Below are positions 12,245 to 23,962 of a stretch of DNA of 64,000 bases, piece after piece (position 1 is the first letter of the stretch; each line of letters starts with the position of its first letter). This DNA is from Heptranchias perlo. Taxonomy: Eukaryota. A model generated the notes under the pieces. The model saw only the letters and a program-made list of their open reading frames with translations. It did not search any database and was not told the origin of the DNA. The translations under genes were made by a program, and so were the position numbers. Where the stretch lies: the NCBI RefSeq assembly GCF_035084215.1, contig NC_090332.1, positions 77,748,001-77,812,000 on the forward strand, in the 5' to 3' direction.

Positions 12245-12950
12245 ACTAATTAAATTTGTTAAGGAAATACAAAGTGACTGGACAAAGGGAATGCAGTGGA
12301 TGTGTGTAGGGATTTTCAGAAGGCATTTAATAAGGTACCACATAAGAGGGTTGATATGAAGATTAAGGCACATGGCGTTAAAGAAAAAGTAACTGCATGG
12401 ATAGAGAGATTTCTAGTGGATAGAAAACAACAAGTAAGGCTGAATGGACTGGTGGGATGTGGGCGGTGACGGCCCCTCGGATGCGGGCGGTGACGGCCCC
12501 TCGGATGCGGGCGGTGACGGCCCCTCGGACGCGGGCGGTGACGGCCCCTCGGACGCGGGCGGTGACGGCCCCTCGGACGCGGGCGGTGACGGCCCCTCGG
12601 ACGCGGGCGGTGACGGCCCCTCGGACGCGGGCGGTGACGGCCCCTCGGACGCGGGCGGTGACGGCCCCTTGGACCTGAGCTGGCTCATTTTGTTTTCCGT
12701 TTACTATGAATGATTTGGACACAGGCGCAAGAGGAAAGATATTACATTTTGCTCACGGAAAACTGTGAAGTAACATGGAATACTTTACCTCACGTGGCTA
12801 TTGAGGCAGACTATAGACATCAGTTAAAATGGAATTGGTAAGGATTTCAAAAGGAATAATATAAAAGAATGTGGGAATAGGACAGAGAAATGTGATTAGA
12901 GTAATTAGCTCCAGTGTAGTAGAAGTAATAGGCCAAAAAGCTTCCTTCTG
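12245..12950 (+). mobile_element. Degenerate CR1 RT fragment hosting a minisatellite
   Basis: DFQKAFNKVPHKRL..KIKAHG, then WWDVG.., then decayed MNDLD and a 3'UTR-like tail. Confidence 0.7.
12455..12674. repeat. 24-bp GC/CpG-rich minisatellite, about 9 units (GGAYGCGGGCGGTGACGGCCCCTC)
   Basis: Direct inspection; near-perfect units. Confidence 0.97.
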
Positions 12951-12962
12951 TGTGTAGCCTTC

Positions 12963-13480
12963 AGCACTCTCACCTCTCTGAGTCAGAAGGTTGTTTTTTA
13001 AGCCCCACTCCAGAGACTTGAGAACATAATCAAGGCTGGCACTTAAGTGCAGTACTGAGAGACCGTCTTTTGGATAAACTCAGGCCCTTCTTAGGTGGAC
13101 ATAAAAGATGTGGAGATGCCGGTGATGGACTGGGGTTGACAATTGTAAACAATTTTACAACACCAAGTTATAGTCCAGCAATTTTATTTTAAATTCACAA
13201 GCTTTCGGAGGCTTCCTCCTTCCTCAGGTAAATGACATAAAAGATCCCATTGTACTATTTGAAGAAGATCATGGGTGATCTCCCTGTTCTGGCCAACATT
13301 TACCCCTCAACCAACATTTAAACAATGAACTAACTAGTCATTTATGTCACTGATGTTTGTGGGACCTTATTGACTGATGCATTTCCCTACAGTGACTACA
13401 CTTCAAAAGTATTTCATGGAAGCACTTTGGGACGTCCTGAGGGCATGAAAGGTGCCATGTAAATGCAAGCTCTTTCTTTC
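12963..13480 (+). mobile_element. DeuSINE (SacSINE1-like), interrupted by a Penelope mini-insertion
   Basis: Head CTCTGAGTCAGAAGGTTG..CCCCACTCCAGAGACTTGAG, Deu-like AAAGATCCCAT, tail TAAATGCAAGCTCTTTCTTTC. Confidence 0.85.
13110..13233 (-). mobile_element. Penelope terminal-repeat mini-insertion containing a hammerhead (13194-13232)
   Basis: 12-bp TSD GACATAAAAGAT (13098-13109, 13234-13245); minus strand UUUAC-CUGAGGA-A-GGAGG aag CCUCC-GAAA-GC-UU-GUGAA. Confidence 0.88.
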
Positions 13481-13490
13481 ATTCTTTAAA

Positions 13491-13587
13491 CTTCCACACC
13501 GCCTGAGGAAGGGGAAAGCCCCCGAAAGCTTGTGGGATTAAAAACAAAATCGTTGGACTATAACTTGGTGTTGTAAAATTGTTTACA
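13491..13587 (+). mobile_element. Penelope terminal-repeat mini-insertion containing a hammerhead (13499-13535)
   Basis: 10-bp TSD ATTCTTTAAA (13481-13490, 13588-13597); near-identical to the reverse complement of 8341-8437; CCGC-CUGAGGA-A-GGGG aaagc CCCC-GAAA-GC-UU-GUGG. Confidence 0.9.
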
Positions 13588-13712
13588 ATTCTTTAAATTA
13601 TAATCCCATTAGGGCCAGTGATCCTTTGAATTTTCCTTCTTGTTGCTCCGAGTTGCAAGCACACTACCCTATATGCTCCACACCTCCCCGCATCAATATT
13701 TCCTCGTTCACA

Positions 13713-13956
13713 GGGGTAAATTTTCACCTTCACCGTCTGGGCATTAAGCATCGCCTCAACAAGAGCACAAAAAGGACAATCTGGCAGGGAAGATCGCATG
13801 CCGCTAACGGAACCCGTTGGACTTTACTTCAATTGAAAATAATAGAAGGAAAATCCAGCGGGTACTATAAGGTGCATGCCAACCTCCCAAAGCTAAGTTT
13901 TGCTTCTGCCCAGGCGATGCTTAACACCTCGGTGGTAAAGATAAAAAATCTACCCG
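13713..13956. mobile_element. Short MITE with ~45-bp imperfect TIRs
   Basis: GGGGTAAATTTTCACCTTCACC..TTAAGCATCGCC / GGCGATGCTTAA..GGTAAAGATAAAAAATCTACCC; possible TSD ACA. Confidence 0.7.
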
Positions 13957-16069
13957 ACATATTGCCTCGTTTACTTCCTTCAACATTGGCGGTGCCTGCA
14001 CAATGGGCCTCGGCCCTTCACCTTGGTTCTTCAATCTTTAAAAACTGAAAATAATCCTGCCTTCTTCAAGTGAAGCTTATAGCAACGGGCCGGTTAAATT
14101 CACTGTTCTATGCGCTTAAGAGTTCTGGTTGTCCTTTGAAGAACACCATTAACAATGTGAATTGCTTAGAGATAACACGAGATTGCACTAGATTAGTTCT
14201 TTTTCCTCCTGGCTAGCATCTGATGAAAGATTTAGATTGCACAGTGTTACAAGTTATCACATTTCATCTCGAGACCAAATCCAATCTAGTAAGTACATGC
14301 AGTGATTTATATGGATAAGAGTGTTTAAAATTTACAAGTAAAACCTTTTAAAGCCAAGTTATTAGACATTGTTGAAAAGGTATACAATGACTGCATTGCG
14401 CAAGATAATAAAAGTTGGAAAATTAGAGACTGTTACTTTATGATTTATATCTAACGGTAAAATGCTAATCTCTTTCAAGCAATTCTTTTAACAGTTATAA
14501 TTTTGCAAGACGGGCTGCCATTTTTCACTGTCTGTTGTTTCAGCCCATTAATTGGCAATTGAAAGGATATTTTAACCCGTACAACTTTCAGCCTTTGCCA
14601 CTCCTGCAACGACAGTATCAGCAATGTATTTTTGTTATGGGTGGTGAAAATGACAATGTTGCAAAGTAGGCTCTTCCATTGACTCAGTAGCAGGGGCTTT
14701 GTCGTCCTGGTGAAGTGATCTGTAAGTATGCAGCAGTCTGCAAAGATGCAGTCGGTGACGCAACAACACATTCTGTGTCACTGATCGCACCTGCCACGAA
14801 AAGAAATCTCATGTTACTTAAATCGATTTACTAAAAGTTGAAACTTGTTAATAACTGGCAATTGAATGTCCTTGGTTGCATCCAACATTTCATTGATCTC
14901 GTTGATTGATAACAGCTTCACATTTAGTGAATTGTCAGTAATCACAACCAAATTCTTTTCCACTTTAAATGCTTCCTTTTGAGTTTGCGTTACTTGTATC
15001 TCTAAAAGTGCACACGTTTTGTAGACCACTAGGCATTTCTGGCCGGAGTTTTGCTTTGCTTCGCTCCTGCGCACTGCCGCTTAATGCAGCATTGTGTCTC
15101 GGTTGATTAAGTCACCCTGCCCAACTCTCAAATTAATCGGCACGTCCTGTGCACTTACATCTGAAATCCAATTAAAAATAATGCTGGCACAAAGGCAGAC
15201 TGGCAAGTGTCCGCTGCTAATCTCCTCCTTTTGGATTTTGAGCTGTCTTTGTATTTGTTTACAGTTATTTTATGGAATAGTGTTCCAAAGTATCATGTAA
15301 GAAATCGGGTGCAGTACGTTATGGAAAATGTGTGCTACAAATTCTAGCTCTGTGGAATATATTCTGCTCGACATTGGACCTTAAAAGAATTCAGAAGTCT
15401 GTCATTACCTTTCATATATACATATTAATTCCATGTTGTACTCGGTAGCACCCCATATACAGACTTGTACTCTTCCTCCCTTTGCTACTTTTTTGATGCT
15501 TCGTTCAGACATTGCAGTGAGCCTGGGCTGCTTGCGAACTTGATTGCTGTCGTTGTTCACAGGAGGAAATCAATTTAGCTTTGAACTGTTTCCTTTTAGG
15601 TTCAGAAAAAGATTTTGTCATGTCCTGATTAACATTAGTCAAAGTATCTACAAGCTGGAGCAGCTACCGACCGAAGTCAGTTCAAACCCCTTAACATATA
15701 GAGGACATACATATGGCATCATTAGTCTAAGAGTCTGCCCACAGCTGCAGCAATAAAAATGTCCTCTGATATTTCCCCACTCCATCCCACTAGGAAAGCA
15801 CCTCGGTCCTGCCTGGCCTGACCCTGTTGGCATAGCCACGGTTGAGAGTTCACCTATACTACTCCGTGCCATAATGTGTTGAGGCACTGGGCCAAGCCAC
15901 TTTCTGATTAGGTGTGAGCTCACAACTTGAACCTGACCACAAGTTGCATTAATTGGGTCTAAACTTGCAATCTTTTTCGGAGATGGTGTAGGAAGTTGGA
16001 TTATCAGACAGGCACGGGATTGAGTTCCCTTCTGAGGTCGATGTATTCTTGGGCCTTTCAGGTTTTGAT

Positions 16070-16457
16070 CTGAGAAGATTGAGGGGTGATCTGATCAAGT
16101 GTTTAAAATGATAAAAGGATTCGATAGAGTAGACACATAGAAACTATTTCCTCTGGTGGGGGAATCCAGAACGAGGGGGCATAATCTTAAAATTAGAGCC
16201 AGGCCATTTAGGAGGGAAATCAGGAAGTACTTTTTCACACAAAGGGTAGTAGAAATCTGGAATTCTCTCCCCAAAAGGCTGTGGATGCTGGGACAATTGG
16301 AGCTTTCAAGACTGAGATTGATAGATTTTTGTTACATAAGGGAATCAAAGGGTATGGAACTAAGGCATGTAAATGAAGTTGAGATACAGATCAGTCATGA
16401 TCTAATTGAATGGCGGATCAGGCTCGAGGGGCTGAATGGCCTACTCCTGTTCCTATG
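16070..16457 (+). mobile_element. CR1 LINE 3' end
   Basis: GESRTRGHNLKIRARPFRREIRKYFFTQRVVEIWNSLP; tail GGCCTACTCCTGTTCCTATG. Confidence 0.92.
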
Positions 16458-17025
16458 AAACAAACCCAAGCACTTTGCGATTTAAAATGACAAACTACTC
16501 TCATCTAGAATCGATTGATTACATTTGATCTCTTGATCAGAAACTAGCAAAATCCTTGCATTTTTGATAGGTTTGCTGAATTGAAAACATCATCGTTTAT
16601 CAAAAGAAAAGCCTGTGCTACTACAAGGTTATTGCAAGCATGCACATTAATCGACATAGCTGAGGTTCAAAATATGGATGGGTTTTTACTCTCAAGGAGG
16701 GGGTTTAAGGAGATCATTACTGTGGAGCAGAGAATCAATTTCAATAAAAGTACTTGACCCTTTCCAGTCTCTCAGATAAACTTGTAAAAAGTTGTGCCAC
16801 CCTGCTGTTTGCCCCCTTGTTTGAACAGCTGACCCACGACCCTCTGTGAACACCTGACCTTTCAGGCCAGAAAGACAAAGGAGTGGCACTTAATCTTTCT
16901 GAAGTAGTTAATGATTGGCAGCTTGGGATCAGCACCCAGATACTGAAAGAATGCTAATCCCCACTCCTTTAATGGAAGCATTCACTGTCTAAACTTGTGA
17001 CAGGCCTCAGCTCTGTTCTTTTAAC

Positions 17026-17467
17026 GTGGCTCAGCGGTAACTCTGAGTTAAAAGGTTAGGGGTTCGAGCCCCACTCCAGAGACTTGAGCACAAAATCTAG
17101 ACTGACACTTCAGCGCAGTACTGAGGTAGTGCTGCACTGTCAGAGGTGCCGTCTTCTGGATGAGACGTTAAACAGAGGTCCCGTCTACCCTCTCAGGCGG
17201 ATGTTAAAGATCCCATGGCACCATTCGAAGAAGAGCAGGGGAGTTCTCCCCAGTGTCCTGGCCAATATTTATCCCTCAACCAACATCACTAAAACAGGTT
17301 ATCTGGTCATTATCTCATTGCTGCTTGTGGGATCTTGCTGTGCGCAAATTGGCTGACGTGTTTCCCTACATTACAGCAGTGACTAGACTTCAAAAGTTGA
17401 TTGTAAAGCACTTTGGAGCCTCCTGAGGTCGCGAAAAGCGCGATATAAATGCAAGTCTTTCTTTCTT
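17026..17467 (+). mobile_element. DeuSINE (SacSINE1-like), near full length
   Basis: tRNA-like head GTGGCTCAG..GGTTCGAGCCCC; Deu-domain-like GATGAGACGTTAAAC..AAAGATCCCATGGCAC..GTGTCCTGGCCAA; L2-like tail. Confidence 0.87.
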
Positions 17468-18474
17468 TTCCCAACTTGAACCGTCCCATGAGGGTGTGGC
17501 CAGCAAGCGAAACCAGGTATTTCTCCCAATGGCTGAATGTTCTTAGCAGTTACAGTAGAAAACTAGATGGGAAAATAGTTGTGCATTCAAAGTCTCCCCC
17601 TATAGCAATGTTCCCATTTAAAAGACGACTAATTAATCTAAAACCAATTGCAGATTTTAATACAGAGCCACTTTAAAGATATAGGAAATGATATGGATTG
17701 TTCATTTAATTATTCCGCTACATTAATTCAGAACCATAAAATTGATCATGTTAATAACTTATGTTCAAAAGTGCAAAAATGGCACGTAATTTTACATTGC
17801 AGTCATACTTTGAATCCTTCAAATTATGTCAATTAAGACATCACGAGAAATTAACATGCCATAAGGTTCTGTTCTTGATAAATTATACTTTAGGTCATTA
17901 AAAAATTAATAAAATAATCAATGAGGAACAGCATGGTGCAAATGACCAGAAAATGGATTCTAAATGATGAGACGTCAAATTAAGTCTAATGGAAACGAAC
18001 CCAAGCAATTAACAGTTTGCCTTTCATTTTCAGTTAATTACCACCAAATGTAATCAAAATAAAATAATTAACAATCGCAAGAATACATTTAAAGAATCTT
18101 CTATAGTTCAGCAGGAGAAATAGTGGCTTCAAATCTTGGCTCGTATTTATGATGCCATGAAACCTCAGTGGAACCCCATCCCCTCCATTCCCACCCCCCC
18201 CTCAATTTTGCTGCCCTACTCTCCTGAAGATGTCATCTTATGTTGGCGCATGGTTCACGGGTGTTGGCCAACATTTGTTACCTCAGCCCCTTCTTTATGC
18301 GTGAACCTACTTAGACTGTTTTGTTATGGGGGTATCACAACAAAGCCCTATCCTGTCCTCGCCCAACATGTTTACACATGCACTTCCCAGCAGAGCCCAT
18401 GGGATAGCTATTGGGAACAAGAACCTTGGCTGATGTTGGCAGTTGTATATAAAACCCACTGTTCTTCTGGTATT

Positions 18475-20480
18475 AATAGGAATGTAGCTGCATGGATAGT
18501 GAGATGGCTAGGGGACAGAAAGCAAAGAATAAGGCAAAATGGATGTTTTGCGGATTGGTTGGATGTGGGTAGTGGTGTGCCCCATGGACCTGTGCCGGGG
18601 TCTCATTTGTTTCCCGTTGATATAATGATTTAGAAGTAGGCCTAAGAGGAATGATACTGACGTTTCCTGATACCAAATCATGGCAAACTATGAAGAAGAT
18701 TTGCAGGAGGAGATGGGTTAATAGAATGGGCTGATTAGTGCCTGTTGCAGTTCAATGCAGAGAAATGTGAAGTAGGACATTTTGAGGGAAAAAGGAAGTG
18801 AAAGAAAATATACCTTTAACAGTAGGAGTCTTAACAGAGTAAAAGAAGAGAGAGGTCTTTGAATGCAGATACGTAAAGGTAAATGCTTGTCTTCAGCAGA
18901 ACTTTGTGTATTGGAATATAGTGTACACACTGCCCATAATTATCTGCCTGTGAAGCTCATTTGCTGGGAGCTTTGAAGATGAAAATTTTACCCCATAGAT
19001 CTAATAAAATTGGGAGTGCTGGTAGAAAAGGCCATGAAAAAGCCCACTGGGATCCTGGGTTTTAGATACACATAGACATTAAATACAAAAGCAAAGAAGT
19101 GATGTTGAATTGGGCAAGACATTGATTATTTGCTTAACTGCAAGCAGTGCTGGGCGCCTCATTAAGGAAGGATTTTAGACCAGTGTAAAAGGTATGGTGA
19201 AAATTCATGAGGAATGTTACCAGGAAGGAGAGGTTATAGTTATGGGGAAAGGCTGGAAAAATTGCCCCTACTCCATCACTAGAACAAAGAAGATTAAGGA
19301 AGCGTCTAGGAAGCTTTCACAATTATGAAAACTTTAACAGGAAAAGCAGTGATTGTTGACGCTGGTTGGTTTTTTTTATTCATTCATGGGATGTGGGCAT
19401 CGCTGGCGAGGCCAGCATTTATTGCCCATCCCTAATTGCCCTTGAGAAGGTGGTGGTGAGCCGCCTTCTTGAAACACTGCAGTCCGTGTGGTGAAGGTTC
19501 TCCCTCAGTGCTGTTAGGAAGGGAGTTCCAGGATTTTGACCCAGCGACGATGAAGGAACGGCGATATATTTCCAAGTCGGGATGGTGTGTGACTTGGAGG
19601 GGAACGTGCAGGTGGTGTTGTTCCCATGTGCCTGCTGCCCTTGTCCTTCTAGGTGGTAGAGGTCGCAGGTTTGGGAGGTGCTGTCGAAGAAGCCTTGGCG
19701 AGTTGCTGCAGTGCATCCTGTGGATGGTACATACTGCAGACACAGTGCGCCGGTGGTGAAGGGAGTGAATGTTTCGGGTGGTGGATGGGGTGCCAATCAA
19801 GCGGGCTGCTTTGTCCTGGATGGTGTCGAGCTTCTTGAGTGTTGTTGGAGCTGCACTCATCCAGGCAAGTGGAGAGTATTCCATCACACTCCTGACTTGT
19901 GCCTTGTAGATGGTGGAAAGGTTTTGGGGAGTCAGGAAGTGAGTCACTCGCCGCAGAATACCCAGCCTCTGACCTGCTCTTGTAGCCACAGTATTTATAT
20001 GGCTGGTCCAGTTAAGTTTCTGGTCAATGGTTCAGGATGTTGATGGTGGGGATTCGGCGATGGTAATGCCGTTGAATGTCACGGGGAGGTGGTTAGATTC
20101 TCTCTTGTTGGAGATAGTCATTGCCTGGCACTTGTCTGGCGCGAATGTTACTTGCCACTTATGAGCCCAAGCCTTATTAGTAACAAGGGGATATAAACTC
20201 AGGATTAACATTAAAACAACAAAGTGGGAAGTTAGGAGAAACCTTTTCACACTGAGAGTTATTGTAACACTGAATGCTTTACCACAAATGATTGTTGAGG
20301 CAGAAACAATAGCATTATCTAAAAGGCAATTAGATGAGTATTTGAAAATGAAGAACATAACAGAATACAGAGAAAGGGCAGGAATTTGGGATTAGAGTAG
20401 ATAAATCCTGTCAAAGAGCTGGTACAGGCATGATGGGTTAATTGGTCTCCTTTTGTGCTATAGTTTCTATAATGCTATGA
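18475..20480 (+). mobile_element. Old CR1 RT + 3'UTR, split by a younger LINE insertion
   Basis: WIVRWLGDRKQR..DWLDVGSGVPHG; QFNAEKCEV; resumes at ~20175 with TRGYKLRI..FFTLRV. Confidence 0.75.
19372..20173 (-). mobile_element. Young non-LTR retrotransposon 3' end (CR1/L2 group, possibly Crack/Daphne-like)
   Basis: Open ORF 19432-19989 RAGQRLGILRR..IYKAQVRSVMEYSPLAW..LDTIQDKAARLI..SFIVAGSKSWNSLP; upstream WAHKWQVTFAPDKCQAM; A-rich tail on minus strand. Confidence 0.85.
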
Positions 20481-20622
20481 TTCTTCCAACACAGATAAAC
20501 CCCAGTTTTTGGTCTCTTTCCCCCAGAACTCTATAACTATAAGCATTTTATGAGAAAGTATAGATCAAGAAAAGCTATCCATCTGGTCAAGTCCACTCTA
20601 TCACAGACCATGCACAATCTAC

Positions 20623-22273
20623 GGGCTAGAAATTCGGCCGTGTAGATCCTGTTTTTTAAGCGCTAAGGCAGCCTCCAAAGGTCCCAAAATGACATCCGGA
20701 ATGCGTGCGAATGCTTCTAGCGTGACGTGCACCAGACGCCATCTTGGTAAAGGTGTTTGTGCACACGCAGATAACGAACGCCAATACCGTGTAAAGTAAG
20801 GAGAATATGCGTTAGATCAGTGTGCAACGCTGATTTAAAGAGACAGATACCATTTTGGCACTCAACGCTCCAGCCAACGCATTGTCATAACCACGAATAG
20901 CTGATCCTGTCTTCGACGGCCAGCACTATTTAAAGGGATCATGCAGGATTTACAGGTTAGTTGCTGGATTATTGCTTCTGGCTGCTGATGCGTTTGTACC
21001 TGTTTTTGGAGGTCGCCTATACTTGAATACTAGGACTAGGGGACAGCCTAAAAATTAGAGCCAGAACTTGCAGGAGTGAAGTTAGGAAATGCTTCTGCAT
21101 GCAAAGAGTAGTAGAAGTTTGGAACGCTCTTCTGCAAATGGCAGTTGATGCTAGCTCAATTGTTAATTTTAAACCTGAGATTGATAGATTTTTGTTAACC
21201 AAGGTTATTAAGGGATATGGGGCTCAGGCGGGAATATGGAGTTAGGTCACAGATCAACCATGATCTCATTGAATGGCAGAACAGCCTCAAGGGGCTAAAT
21301 GCCACTGCCACTTGCTGCCTCCTGTTATGCACCACCTTCTCCTGCAAGAAAGCGGGACGTTTGTCGGTGAGTGTCCTGCAGGATGTTTGGGTGATGTGCC
21401 TGTCATGGTTGAATAGCTGCCTGTGCTTGACCTGTGAGTTGCGGGTGTGCGGCTTGCAACAGTGTTAATGTGTGAGGGTGAGAGGAAGCATCAGATTGGA
21501 AGAGTTCAGTACTGATTGAAAGAGTTTGTTGTTAGGTGGGTGATGGGGGGTGCAGTGTGTGGAGCAGTGGATGCGGCTAGTGGTGCAGTTAATAGGAGAC
21601 TCTACTTGACAGTTGACCTCACTCACCTTGACCACTCGTGTCAAAGCATTGAACTTCTTCCTGCACTGCATCTATGTTCGTGGTGCTATGTGCCTGGCAT
21701 TGACTTTGTCCCCTCAGGAGCATATGTCTGGAGGGCCTCTTGCTCCCCTGTGGATGTAGGATACCCCTCCTTCTATCCACCCCTTGCACCAAGGCCTCTA
21801 GTGCATCATCTGAGAACCTTGGTGCATGCACTCTCGCAGGCCTGGTACAAACTCAGATCGGCAGATTGGTGAGGTCTGCGTGCAGATTTGGGGATGTGAG
21901 ATTTAGTAGTGCGTAACCTTTATTCAGTGTTTCAACATGACTCAGCAGTTTGTAAACATAAGGACGGGACCTGCATCTGTGTTTTACATGTGCAATGCCT
22001 GATCTCCGTTCAGACTTCATGCAGACCTGTATCTTATTTTTTGCAAATAAGAGGTGCAGCCTGCCTTTAAGGGGTGCGAGCAACTCATGCGCTATCTGGG
22101 CCCCCCCCTGCTGGTGAGAACACAACAACTGCAACTAGGCCTGGCTGCTGAACTACAATCAAGTAAATGAGCAGGCAGCACGAATCTCACGTGCTGCCTG
22201 CGTCGGAATGACCAGGCGCAGGTTAATCGCGCACTGCGACCGCCGGATTTGAGGGTTATCGGATTTAACCCCC
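20623..22273. mobile_element. Non-autonomous Harbinger-derived element with Myb/SANT remnant and internal CR1 fragment (copy 1)
   Basis: TSD TAC on both sides; degenerate TIR GGGCTAGAAATTCGG / TCGGATTTAACCCCC; minus-strand APRFSDDALEALVQGVDRRRGILHP..QCRKKFNALTR; CR1 piece at 21022-21300. Confidence 0.8.
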
Positions 22274-23525
22274 TACCTCTTCATTGATTCTACTCCATCC
22301 ACTTAATCTCCTGAAGGAAAGTTCTGTATACATACTCCCTAATGCTCAAAGATGATCCAATGAAACTTAAGAACATTCCATATAAGAAAAATGAATAGAA
22401 AGTGTGATTTCAAACTGAATTGGATTCAGGTAAAATGGTAGCTCTGCGTTTATCTAAATTGCTAGAATCAACTTGCAGAAGATCTTCCTTTGACTCAATG
22501 GGGATCACGCAGAAACGTAGCTGGGTTCAGGTCCTGGCTGTTGGCACAGTCGCACATTAATTGACGGTAAAGAGATCTGCGGACCACTCGAGTTCACCAC
22601 AGCTTTACAGTTGCTATCATTCACATTGCTATTTTGAAATCGTGGTCTACTCTCAGTCTGTCGGCGCGGGTTCGATGGGCCGAACGGCCTCCTTCTGTGC
22701 TGTAACCATTCTATGAATCTATGCCGCTTTCTGTCTATTAAACCCGCTGCTGTATCATAGTTACAGGACTCTGCAAGCAGCAGTTATTTGCTGTCATCCA
22801 TCCTCACCTTGAGAAGCAGTAAATAGGCATTTTGGGCGATTAATGTGGATGGAGGTTGGATGTTAATTAGTTCCTACTTGGACGTGGATGATAACTGACA
22901 CTTTGCATGATAACACACTTTTTTGGGGATATTTGCTGAAATGAAGGCTTGACCCATTGATTCTGTGTGCAAATTAACCAGCATTATCAACCAGAAAGAA
23001 GAGGAGAATGATTGTATTCCAGGTAGATAAATGGGATCTCAGGTGGTTCAGATGCTGTGTTGCTAATCTGAAGTGTTGAAACAATTTTAACAGCCAATAA
23101 AAATATTAGTGATTCCTTTAAATTGCATGTCTGAAATAAATTGAATGTGAGCAGGTTGCTTCAGGCTATTTATGCTCATCAGAAGTCGTGGTAGAAAGTT
23201 GTTCCTCAGGGGCTGATTTAACAATACCGTTAATTATCTAGATTAGATGTATCTAATCTGATTTGCACTTAATTGGTAGGAAACATAGCTGAGAGTTTTA
23301 CACTGTGATGTTCTTCTGCTGGCCAGCATACGTTATATTACCTCACCTGATTTTCTTCCAAGTAACTACACTTTTTGTTCTGTTTCTGGCACAGCAATTA
23401 TTTTCCTTCCCCGATATTTGGGAACTTCTAGTCTTAGAGATGGCTTAAAGGGGCATTGTCATCCTGGTAATGTAGTTTATGTGGCTATCATGTTATCAGC
23501 ACCTTGTAAAGAAAGGTTCACTGCA

Positions 23526-23962
23526 AAGAAAGATTTGCATTTATATAGCACCTTTCATGACCTCAGAATGTCCAAAAGCACTTTACAGCCAATGGAGTAC
23601 TTTTGAAGTGTAGTCACTGTTGTAATGTAGGAAACACGACAGCCAACTTGTGCACTGCAGGGTTCCACAAACAGCAATGAGAGAGTAAGCAGATCATCTA
23701 TTTTTTAGTGATGTTGGTTGAAGGATAAATGTTGGCCAGGGCACTGGGAGAACTTGTCTGCTCTTCTTCGAATAGTGTCATGGGATTTTTCTGTCCAACC
23801 AAGAAGGCAAACGGGGCCTCGGTTTAACCTCTCATCTGAAAGATGGCACCTCTGATGTTGCAGCACTCCCTCTGTACTGGACTGATGTGTCAGCCTAGAT
23901 TACGTGGGACTTGAACCCACAACCTTCAGAGGTGAAAGTGCTACCCACTGAGCCAAGGCTGT
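23526..23962 (-). mobile_element. DeuSINE (SacSINE1-like)
   Basis: Reverse complement of the 17026 family, including head (GTGCTACCCACTGAGCCA) and tail. Confidence 0.87.

Noticed and set aside
12378-12722. Repetitive ORFs (RVRGAVTA, PSPPASEG, DGPSDAGG) and a possible CRISPR-like look
   Set aside because: Translations of a spacer-less 24-bp minisatellite; no unique spacers, no cas genes, eukaryotic context
14219-14250. Other CTGATGA matches (also ~35033, ~38126, ~39624, ~59314) as hammerheads or C/D snoRNAs
   Set aside because: No stem II + GAAA arrangement and no convincing terminal stem or box pairing seen
17026-17085. tRNA-like A/B boxes (also 48157 and ~23900-23960)
   Set aside because: Heads of DeuSINEs continuing into the SINE body; no full cloverleaf
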